Shown here in pieces: positions 1-6,857 of a stretch of 15,326 nucleotides of DNA. The translations under genes were made by a program, and so were the position numbers. Position 1 is the first letter of the stretch. Every line of letters begins with the position of its first letter. The stretch comes from Candidatus Altiarchaeales archaeon IMC4 (lineage in GTDB: Archaea; Altiarchaeota; Altiarchaeia; IMC4): assembly GCA_001742785.1 (NCBI GenBank), contig MCBF01000001.1, positions 15,305 through 30,630 on the forward strand, written 5' to 3'. Below the pieces are notes generated by a model. That model was not told the DNA's origin, did no database searches, and saw only the letters and a program-made list of their open reading frames with translations.

Positions 1-1
1 A

Positions 2-187
2 CGATACAAGAAAAATTTCCGAAGGAAATTTTTGTGTCCTATTAGAAAGTTATACTTTCTAATACGGATGAAAGGCGAATGCAGTGTCCACATCGGCCCC
101 TTTATCCTAACATTTGAAATAAACGAGGAAGAACGTTTGGTTGAATTTCTGGATTATGGACACCATGACGAGGTTTATGTGAGGTAG
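2..187 (+). CDS. 3' part of a RelE/ParE-family toxin-like gene (5' end outside the window), overlapped by double-hairpin copy A
   Basis: Manual translation, not in the ORF track: ...MKGECSVHIGPFILTFEINEEERLVEFLDYGHHDEVYVR* (TAG 185-187). Resembles the archaeal RelE/StbE C-terminus (RVHIG-F-L-Y-I---...--F--HHD-IY). Frame 2 stays open through the hairpins at 11-64. Confidence 0.6.
   Translation, partial: RYKKNFRRKFLCPIRKLYFLIRMKGECSVHIGPFILTFEINEEERLVEFLDYGHHDEVYVR
6..69 (+). repeat. Double-hairpin element, copy A
   Basis: AAAAATTTCC-GAA-GGAAATTTTT (11-33), linker GTGTCC (34-39), TATTAGAAAGT-TAT-ACTTTCTAATA (40-64), CGGAT; GAT repeated at 3-5 and 67-69. Confidence 0.85.
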
Positions 188-229
188 CCGCAAACTTCTA
201 ACAACAAAATCAAATAGATTCATACCAAA

Positions 230-700
230 ATGACAGACGAATCCTTCATGAGGCGCGCAATCGAAAAAGCAGGGTGCGGCATTAATGATGGACAGGCACC
301 CTTCGGCGCGTGCATAGTCAAGGGGGAAAAGGTCATAGCCTGCGAACATAATACGGTCTGCAAAGACACCGACATAACCGCCCACGCCGAGATCAATGCA
401 ATCCGGGCTGCGTGCAGGAAACTCGACACGATCGACCTGTCGGGGTGCATAATCTACTCGACATGCGAGCCCTGCCCTATGTGCTTCAGCGCATGCCACT
501 GGGGGAAAATCTCAAAGATCGTTTACGGCGCGCGGATAGATGATGCAAAAAAACTGGGATTCTGCGAGCTTGCCATATCGGATGAAACGATGAGGCAGTC
601 CGGCAACAGCAAGGTGGAAATAGTCCGGGACTTCTTGAGGGAAGAAAACCTGGGGCTTTTCGGGATGTGGTCGAAACAGAAGGATAAGAGGGTCTATTAG
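230..700 (+). CDS. Zn-dependent nucleoside/nucleobase deaminase (cytidine deaminase fold), most like Bacillus-type guanine deaminase GuaD
   Basis: PFGA motif, HAE...PCPMC zinc motif, W after PCPMC, C-terminal Tyr; 156 aa. Confidence 0.85.
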   Translation: MTDESFMRRAIEKAGCGINDGQAPFGACIVKGEKVIACEHNTVCKDTDITAHAEINAIRAACRKLDTIDLSGCIIYSTCEPCPMCFSACHWGKISKIVYGARIDDAKKLGFCELAISDETMRQSGNSKVEIVRDFLREENLGLFGMWSKQKDKRVY

Positions 701-738
701 GCACAACAACTTTTATCCCCCAAATCATATTTCCTTTT

Positions 739-802
739 ATCCGCATTAGAAAGTGTCGACTTTCCAATGGGACGACAAAATTCGCTTGTAGCGAAATTTA
801 TT
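739..802 (-). repeat. Double-hairpin element, copy B (inverted relative to A), abutting the ppiC start codon
   Basis: Reverse complement reads AAATTTCGCT-ACA-AGCGAATTTT-GTCGTCC-CATTGGAAAGT-CGAC-ACTTTCTAATG-CGGAT; the second hairpin and CGGAT end are nearly identical to copy A. Confidence 0.85.
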
Positions 803-1138
803 ATGGTAAGCCAGGTCAATGCGGCCCACATCCTTGTAAAAAACGAGGCCAAGGCGAAGGAGATTCTTGATGCACTGTAAATTTAATTTACAGGGCAGAC
901 AAAACTTCGAAGGAGTTTTCCTGAGCAGATTAAGAAGGGCGGCAGTTTCTCGCAGGCCGCCAGGGAATTCTCGCAGTGCCCGTCTGGAAAGCGCGGCAGG
1001 GACATGGGATGGTTCGGGCGAGGTCGCATGGCGAGGGAATTCGAGAATGCGGCGTTTGAAGGCGCAAAGGGAACCGTTGTCGGCCCGGTGAAGACGCAGT
1101 TCGGGTGGCACCTGATTAAGGTGCTGGACAAAAAATAG
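803..1138 (+). pseudogene. ppiC: Parvulin-type peptidyl-prolyl isomerase (PpiC-like) interrupted by a 54-bp insertion with two in-frame TAA stops
   Basis: Removing 871-924 gives a 93-aa protein: MVSQVNAAHILVKNEAKAKEILEQIKKGGSFSQAAREFSQCPSGKRGRDMGWFGRGRMAREFENAAFEGAKGTVVGPVKTQFGWHLIKVLDKK, with the HILV, S-CPSG and GPVKTQFGWHLI parvulin motifs. Stops at 878-880 and 884-886. Confidence 0.9.
871..924 (-). mobile_element. Double-hairpin insertion, copy C, inside ppiC
   Basis: CTGTAAAT-TTA-ATTTACAG (875-893) and AAAACTTC-GAA-GGAGTTTT (901-919, one G-T pair); TGA directly repeated at 868-870 and 922-924. Confidence 0.8.
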
Positions 1139-1172
1139 GTTTTTAATTTACAGGCACGGATAATATTTTTGC

Positions 1173-2408
1173 ATGAACGCCCCGGTCGTTGTTCTGCTTT
1201 TGGTTTTTATCCTGATAGCGGTCCGCAGGATAGGGAAAACAGGCATTGGGATATGGCAGGTGATGCTTGCGGGCGCGCTTGTCGTCCTTCTGACCGGGCA
1301 AATCTCCCCGGTAAATGCGCTGGGGGCGATAAATCCGGACGTGATGCTCTTCTTGTTCGGGATGTTCGTTATCGGGCAGGCCCTGCACGAAAGCAGCTAC
1401 CTCCAGCACCTGTCCTACAAAACATTCGGCAAGGCGAAAACCACGGACCAGCTGGTGCTCATGATTTTGTTTGGCATCGGGGGCCTTTCAGCATTTTTGA
1501 TGAACGACACCCTTGCGATCATCTGCACCCCGCTCGTTTTATACTTTGCGAAAAAACACGGCATATCCCCGAAGCTGATGCTTTTATCTCTGGCGTTTGC
1601 GGTAACGACCGGCAGCGTAATGAGCCCGATAGGCAACCCGCAGAACCTCCTGATATCGATAACCGGAAATATTTCGGACCCGTTCGTTACCTTCTTCAAA
1701 TACCTCTTCCTGCCGACGATGATAAACCTTTTTTTGGCATACGTTATCCTGAAGGCTTTCTACAAGGAACACTTCCTCGAGAGGGAGATGGTTCACTACA
1801 AGGAGCCGATCAGGGACGCTGAACTCGCACTGCTTTCGAAGGTTTCGCTGGTTTTGATATTCGCTCTTGTGGCGGGGAAAATAATCCTGGCCGTCATGGG
1901 CACGGGAGCCGATTTCAAACTGACCTACATTGCGCTCGTGTCCGCGTTTCCGGTCATGCTAAGCAGAAAAAGGTTTAAGGTAATGAGAAACATAGACTGG
2001 CACACGCTGATATTCTTCGCATCGATGTTCGTCCTGATGGAAAGCGTCTGGGAATCGGGGTTTTTCCAGACGGCAATTAACGAGGCCGGCGCGGATTTGG
2101 CATCGATCCCGGCGATACTTGCGGCAAGCGTCATCGTGAGCCAACTGATATCCAACGTGCCGTTTGTGGCCCTCTGCCAGCCGCTTATAACGTCGGCCGG
2201 GGCTTCGGCAAACGGGATTATGGCACTTGCCGCAGGCAGCACTATCGCAGGAAATCTGTCTATCATGGGGGCGGCAAGCAACATCATAATAATCCAGAAT
2301 GCAGAGAAGAATGGCGAAACATTGACTTTCATCGATTTCGTAAAGGTCGGGGTCCCGCTCACAATTGCCAACGTGCTGGTCTACTGGATTTTCCTGTCAG
2401 TCATGTGA
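1173..2408 (+). CDS. ArsB/NhaD/CitM (ion transporter superfamily) anion permease
   Basis: 411 aa, highly hydrophobic; motifs LSAFLMNDT, GSVMSPIGNPQNLLI, SQLISNVP, GSTIAGNLSIMGAASNII. Confidence 0.88.
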   Translation: MNAPVVVLLLVFILIAVRRIGKTGIGIWQVMLAGALVVLLTGQISPVNALGAINPDVMLFLFGMFVIGQALHESSYLQHLSYKTFGKAKTTDQLVLMILFGIGGLSAFLMNDTLAIICTPLVLYFAKKHGISPKLMLLSLAFAVTTGSVMSPIGNPQNLLISITGNISDPFVTFFKYLFLPTMINLFLAYVILKAFYKEHFLEREMVHYKEPIRDAELALLSKVSLVLIFALVAGKIILAVMGTGADFKLTYIALVSAFPVMLSRKRFKVMRNIDWHTLIFFASMFVLMESVWESGFFQTAINEAGADLASIPAILAASVIVSQLISNVPFVALCQPLITSAGASANGIMALAAGSTIAGNLSIMGAASNIIIIQNAEKNGETLTFIDFVKVGVPLTIANVLVYWIFLSVM

Positions 2409-2440
2409 TGTTTTTTTGTTCCGGGTCTAATATAATCTGT

Positions 2441-3721
2441 ATGAACTCCCAGATGCTCATCCTGAAATCCGGCCGCTGCTCATGGGGCAGGTGTATTTTT
2501 TGCGGCTACGGCAGGATTTCGGGATATGCCGCAACATCCGAAAGAGTTACTTCCGACTTCAAAAAATTCTTTGACGAGATTGACAAAGACACAGATGTTG
2601 TCAAGGTTTTCGGCTCCGGTTCATTCTTCGACGAGCGGCAGGTTCCGCTTGAGTCGAGAAGATACTTCACTCGGGAGTGCAAGAAAAAGAACCTCGCGGC
2701 AATCATAGAATCAAGGCCCGATTTCGTGAAAGACCTCGGCGATTTTTCGGGGCTTGACTTTACGGTCGCCATCGGGCTCGAAGTGGCGGACGACGCGGGG
2801 CTTGACGAGGTGAAGAAGGGGTTTCACCTTGCGGACTTCGAGCGTGCGGCAAAAACGATACACGAGGCCGGCGGAAAGGTGCGCTCGTATCTTCTGGTCA
2901 ACCTTCCTTTTGAAAACGACCTTGACAAATCCGTTGAATACGCACTGAAACATTCCGACTCGGTCGTTTTGATAAACCTCCTGCCGCACGGCAACACACC
3001 GGTTTTCAGGGATTGGCTCAACGGCGAGTGGAACTTCCTGACAAAGGAGGAATTCGCAAAGGCAGTTGAAAAGTGGAGCGGAAACCCAAGTGTCGAGTTC
3101 GACGCGGAAACTTTCCGGTTCGTCCCGAAATTCCCAAAGGAGCTTCAAAATGATCTGGCGGGCGTAGGCGAGGAGTACCTGACGCATCCCTACTTCGAGG
3201 TTTGGCAGGATTACCTGTGCAGGTGGTACAAAGCGGACAAGGGCACGGCGCTGTTCCTGCCGTGCGCCCACCACAAGCCGTATTCGCAGTCCAGGACGCA
3301 CCAGAACATAATCAGGGTTTTGAGGGAAACCAGGGCATTCGGAAAAATTCATGAGGTCATGCTTTCGAACGCCGGCGTGATACCGCGCGAGTTCGAGGAC
3401 ATGTACCCGTTCAACGCGTACGACTGGGACGAGCGGCTGGAAACACCCGAGATAAAAAACAGGTACATTGGGGTAACGAAAAAAAGGATAATGAACTACT
3501 TGGCGGCGCAGAAATACAAGAGAGTCTATTGTTTCCTGAAATACGACTCAGAGTCATATAAGGCACTCGAGGCGGCGTGCGGGGAACTCGGCATCGGCTT
3601 TGAGAACCTGCTGGCAAGGGAGACCTACGAGAAGATAAAAAACGAAAAAAGCCCGATGCAGTCAGAGGCGGCGCTTGAGGATTTGAGGGGCAGATTAATG
3701 GAGACTGCCATGGGAGATTAG
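2441..3721 (+). CDS. Radical SAM (RaSEA-like) domain fused to an ArcS-like DUF5591 domain; putative archaeosine biosynthesis protein
   Basis: N-terminal CSWGRCIFC (CX3CX2C), KVFGSGSFFD, IESRPDFV and VAIGLE motifs as in RaSEA-type enzymes; C-terminal LFLPCAHHKPYSQSRTH and GVIPREFE.MYPF..YD as in ArcS. ATG 2441 preferred over GTG 2405. Confidence 0.75.
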   Translation: MNSQMLILKSGRCSWGRCIFCGYGRISGYAATSERVTSDFKKFFDEIDKDTDVVKVFGSGSFFDERQVPLESRRYFTRECKKKNLAAIIESRPDFVKDLGDFSGLDFTVAIGLEVADDAGLDEVKKGFHLADFERAAKTIHEAGGKVRSYLLVNLPFENDLDKSVEYALKHSDSVVLINLLPHGNTPVFRDWLNGEWNFLTKEEFAKAVEKWSGNPSVEFDAETFRFVPKFPKELQNDLAGVGEEYLTHPYFEVWQDYLCRWYKADKGTALFLPCAHHKPYSQSRTHQNIIRVLRETRAFGKIHEVMLSNAGVIPREFEDMYPFNAYDWDERLETPEIKNRYIGVTKKRIMNYLAAQKYKRVYCFLKYDSESYKALEAACGELGIGFENLLARETYEKIKNEKSPMQSEAALEDLRGRLMETAMGD

Positions 3722-4273
3722 TGTTCTCTTCGTTATCCTCATCCCGAACGGAACCATTGTCGCAAGGCACGACTTCGACTGCCGGTTCCAGTTCGAAAGC
3801 CCGAGCGACTTGGCGATTTCCCTGACTTGCCCCTTACCGATCCCGCAGCGGGCAAGCGGGCTTATGACGCCTTCTTCATTTAGTGCTTTAAGCCCCGGCC
3901 TGTCGCTGTGCAGATCGTCCGCGTTCGTCCCGTCGATCACGTTCTCGAGGGTTCTCTCTCCTGCAACATCCCTCAAAATCCCGATGATCTCCTTCTTGCA
4001 GACATAGCACCTATCCGGCCGATTCTCAAAAAAGGCACCAGGCATTACGGCCTTCACCAAAACGTGCTCTATCCCGATCTCGGCCGCCATCTTCTTTGCG
4101 TGCTTCAGCTCTTCGCCGGCGATAGTCCCGGTATCCACCGTAACGGCAACGGCGTTTTTTCCAAGAACCTGCATCGAAACCGAAGCAACGACGCTACTGT
4201 CAACGCCGCCCGAGAATGCGACCGCAACGGAACCAAGGGGACTTATAAAATCCTCAAGAAGAATCTTAGCCAT
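3695..4273 (-). CDS. LarE-like PP-loop sulfur transferase (TIGR00268-like), apparently C-terminally truncated
   Basis: AFSGGVDS PP-loop, RCYVCK, DGTNADD..DRPG, SPL and SCLAT motifs; ends shortly after the SCLAT Cys and overlaps the convergent gene by 27 bp. Confidence 0.75.
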   Translation of the reverse strand: MAKILLEDFISPLGSVAVAFSGGVDSSVVASVSMQVLGKNAVAVTVDTGTIAGEELKHAKKMAAEIGIEHVLVKAVMPGAFFENRPDRCYVCKKEIIGILRDVAGERTLENVIDGTNADDLHSDRPGLKALNEEGVISPLARCGIGKGQVREIAKSLGLSNWNRQSKSCLATMVPFGMRITKRTLISHGSLH

Positions 4274-4278
4274 TTGGA

Positions 4279-4611
4279 CTAACCCTGTTTTTTTATTATC
4301 GTAAATGTCTTGTAAAGCAGGATTGCGATCAACCCCCCCAAAACAACCGGCAATACGAAGGCGAACAATACGAACACCGCCGAGATTATGCTCCTCGCAA
4401 AAGCCCCTATTGTTTCAAGAAACCAGGCAAGCCCGCCCAACAGGACATTTATGGAAAGATATGCAGGAAGGACCAGGATTTTTCCGAGTACGGAATGTTC
4501 CCCGTAACCCTCCATCACGGCAGTGTACTTGCCGAGGCTTAGAAAGCCCCAGGCCGCGCCCAGGAGCCCTGCGATTACCAGACCTAATTTGTCGCGTTCG
4601 TTTCCCCTCAT
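4279..4611 (-). CDS. Small hypothetical membrane protein (about 3 TM helices)
   Basis: 110 aa with three hydrophobic stretches; ATGA-type overlap with leuD and 5 bp from the larE-like gene, consistent with an operon. Confidence 0.7.
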   Translation of the reverse strand: MRGNERDKLGLVIAGLLGAAWGFLSLGKYTAVMEGYGEHSVLGKILVLPAYLSINVLLGGLAWFLETIGAFARSIISAVFVLFAFVLPVVLGGLIAILLYKTFTIIKKQG

Positions 4612-5099
4612 TTTTTCAGGCCCTTCTTCACGTACCCGACCAAACCCCCCGCGTCAATCAGTTTGAGCAGGAAGGGAGGCATCGGGCTGAAGTTGCACTC
4701 CTTCATGTCCGTGAGATTTTTGACCGTGCCCTTTGTAAAATCCACCTCGATCTCGTCGCCGTCTTTCGCTTCGATGCCGCATTCGACCAGCGGCAGGCCG
4801 ATGTTTATGGAGTTTCTGAAGAATATCCGGGCAAAGGATTTCGCTATGACGCAGGAAACCCCGCAGCCGATCAGGGCGCGCGGCGCATGCTCCCTCGAAG
4901 AGCCGCAGCCGAAGTTGTCACCCGCAACTATGATGTCGCCTGGTTTTACCCTTCCCGCGAATTCCGGCCGCACCTTCTCGAACGCGTACTTTGCCAGCTC
5001 CCTGGCATCGCCAGTTACAAGGTATTCCGCAGGGATTATCTGGTCGGTGTCCACGTTTTCGGCGAACCTCCAGACCCTTCCTTTGATTTTTTGGTTCAT
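4608..5099 (-). CDS. leuD: 3-isopropylmalate dehydratase small subunit (LeuD/HacB family)
   Basis: NVDTDQIIPAEYL, GDNFGCGSSREHAP, AKSFARIFFRNSINIGLP and GGL motifs; substrate specificity within the family not determinable. Confidence 0.9.
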   Translation of the reverse strand: MNQKIKGRVWRFAENVDTDQIIPAEYLVTGDARELAKYAFEKVRPEFAGRVKPGDIIVAGDNFGCGSSREHAPRALIGCGVSCVIAKSFARIFFRNSINIGLPLVECGIEAKDGDEIEVDFTKGTVKNLTDMKECNFSPMPPFLLKLIDAGGLVGYVKKGLKK

Positions 5100-5158
5100 T
5101 ACATTTTAGCAAGGATACTGCGGGCTTTAGCCCGCAGAGGAATTGCGTAATCGCAACA

Positions 5159-5208
5159 ATGAGAATCTTTTAGATTCTCATGGCTTTGAAATTCTTTCGA
5201 ATTTCAAA
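5159..5208. repeat. Tandem pair of perfect 10-bp hairpins inside the IS left noncoding region
   Basis: ATGAGAATCT-TTT-AGATTCTCAT (5159-5181) and TTTGAAATTC-TTTC-GAATTTCAAA (5185-5208). Confidence 0.75.
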
Positions 5209-5323
5209 ATCTTGCTTACCTCCTGTTTTTTAGCGTGATTTTTTCTCGCGCGCGAAATTTATGCACGCGTTCATAAAGTATAAGTTTTCCTCGAGGCGCG
5301 CTGGTGCGCGCCATAGAGGAAAA

Positions 5324-5803
5324 ATGGACCTACGTAGCTACAACCATGGATACGGACAACTGTGTTACCACATTGTGAGCACCCCAAAGTATCGCTTCGA
5401 TATCTTTAGGGACTGTGAGATTAAATCTGCATGCGAGCGGATTTTTCGCGAAATCGCCAAAGCCAACGGTTTCGTGATACATGAACTTCAGGTGATGCCT
5501 GACCACTTCCATCTTTTTGTCGGCTTTGGGCCGAACACATGCCCATCTAAAGTGATACGTCTCTTTAAAGGCATCTCCGCGCGGAAACTCTTTCAGGAGT
5601 TTCCACGAATACGCCGCCGTTTGTGGGGCGGACACTTCTGGTCGAGGGGTAAGTTTTTTCGCTCTGTCGGCAACGTTACTGCCGACACAGTCAAGCACTA
5701 CATTGCCAACAGCCAAGGTGATTGGATGGGCATCCTCAAAGCCGAGGAGGTGCTTGTGAAGCAAAGCGATTCTCAGACCACTTTGCGGGACTTCGCAGCG
5801 TAA
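5324..5803 (+). CDS. tnpA: Y1 HUH transposase TnpA (IS200/IS605)
   Basis: YHIVSTPKYR, MPDHFHLF (HUH), FKGISAR, LWGGHFWSRG and catalytic YIANS motifs; ATG 5324 preceded by AGAGGA. Confidence 0.93.
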   Translation: MDLRSYNHGYGQLCYHIVSTPKYRFDIFRDCEIKSACERIFREIAKANGFVIHELQVMPDHFHLFVGFGPNTCPSKVIRLFKGISARKLFQEFPRIRRRLWGGHFWSRGKFFRSVGNVTADTVKHYIANSQGDWMGILKAEEVLVKQSDSQTTLRDFAA

Positions 5804-6185
5804 CTACGCTGGCAAAATACCGCCGACTTTAGTCGGCGGTTGTTTATCTTAAAGACAACGAGGGCGACTTTTCATGGTCGAGGGTGGTGAATCTTGAGAA
5901 GATTCAGGACGAGATTCTCGAAAGGGTTGGTGTAGTGGGGGAAAAACTAGGGAAAAGTTAGGTATATACTGCCCAATGACATACTACTATTTTTCATGAA
6001 GGAATATTGGAGCAAATCCCGATATTCCTTCTCATTGGGCACAGTGGCGAAGTTAAGTAACTATCTGGCTTAACAGTACTCCTTTTAATTCTCTGGGCAT
6101 TTTTCTTGAAAAGTTTATAGCCAACCATAGCCTAATATAAACCATATCCATTGTATAACCAAAAATATCTCTTTAATTTATAGAT

Positions 6186-6857
6186 TCACTCATATTCCAC
6201 TCCATCCCCAACCCCTGCCCTTTTAAATCCATCCAGTCTCAGGACGCAGGATGCGCAAACCCCGCAAGCCTTTTTCCCACCCTTGTAGCAGCTCCATGTT
6301 TTCTCAAACGGCACGCCCATTTCCTTGCCTTTTTTGATTATTTGCGCCTTGTCCAGATTCAGTATCGGCGCCTCGATTTTTATCGGAGCGCCCTCCACCG
6401 CGCGCTTTGTAGCTAAGTCTGCCATTCTTTGAAACGCCTCGATGTATTCGGGGCGGCAGTCCGGGTACCCTGAGTAATCCACTGCGTTGGCTCCGATGAA
6501 CACCACATCAGCGCCTATCGTCTCCGCATACGCCAGAGCGAAGGACAAGAATATCGTGTTGCGGGCGGGCACGTAGGTTGCGGGGATCGGCGACGATTTT
6601 ATCTCGTCCGGGGTTTTGCCGGTTTCGATTTCGATGTCCGAGGTCAGGGCGCTGCCTCCCAATTGCGCCAAATCGATCCTGATGATTTTGTGGTTTGCGC
6701 CGAGCCACTTTGCAATGGATTTCGCACACTCGATCTCCTTTTTGTGCCTCTGCCCGTAGTCGAACGTCAGGGCATGGACTGCGAAACCGCGGGACTTCGC
6801 TATCGCCGCAGTTACCGCAGAATCGATGCCCCCGGAAATCAGGCAGACTGCTTTCAT
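6186..6857 (-). CDS. queC: 7-cyano-7-deazaguanine (preQ0) synthase
   Basis: SGGIDS PP-loop, FDYGQRH, TYVPARN, DYSGYPDCR and TWSCY...CGVCASC motifs; start MKAVCL at 6857. Confidence 0.95.
   Translation of the reverse strand: MKAVCLISGGIDSAVTAAIAKSRGFAVHALTFDYGQRHKKEIECAKSIAKWLGANHKIIRIDLAQLGGSALTSDIEIETGKTPDEIKSSPIPATYVPARNTIFLSFALAYAETIGADVVFIGANAVDYSGYPDCRPEYIEAFQRMADLATKRAVEGAPIKIEAPILNLDKAQIIKKGKEMGVPFEKTWSCYKGGKKACGVCASCVLRLDGFKRAGVGDGVEYE

Larger units (their letters stand above)
5110..5847 (+). mobile_element. IS200/IS605-family insertion sequence carrying tnpA only
   Basis: Subterminal hairpins CTGCGGGC-TTTA-GCCCGCAG (5118-5137) and ACCGCCGAC-TTTA-GTCGGCGGT (5819-5840), both directly after ATA/AT; left end inferred at TTAG|CAAG and right end at TGTTTAT|; no tnpB. 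Exact boundaries are inferred. Confidence 0.85.

Noticed and set aside
6..924. Hairpin repeats as a CRISPR array
   Set aside because: Copies are dissimilar, irregularly spaced and on both strands, with no cas genes in the window.
860..935. ppiC insert as a canonical archaeal bulge-helix-bulge mRNA intron
   Set aside because: The 4 nt before each putative splice site (TTCT vs TTCC) are similar rather than complementary, so no central 4-bp helix forms.
867..1091. 74-aa plus-strand ORF and the antisense ORFs 746-1111 and 883-1131
   Set aside because: Shadow frames of the interrupted ppiC gene, whose true frame starts at 803.
4305..5150. 281-aa plus-strand ORF and other long antisense ORFs (e.g. 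2711-3352, 8697-9218)
   Set aside because: Antisense shadows of well-supported genes with no protein motifs.
5848..5961. Short open frame LKDNEGDFSWSRVVNLEKIQDEILERVGVVGEKLGKS
   Set aside because: No recognisable motif and no certain start; could be a gene remnant but cannot be supported.
5804..6185. tnpB gene or omega-RNA downstream of tnpA
   Set aside because: The right-end hairpin follows the tnpA stop within about 15 bp and no TnpB-like ORF is present.
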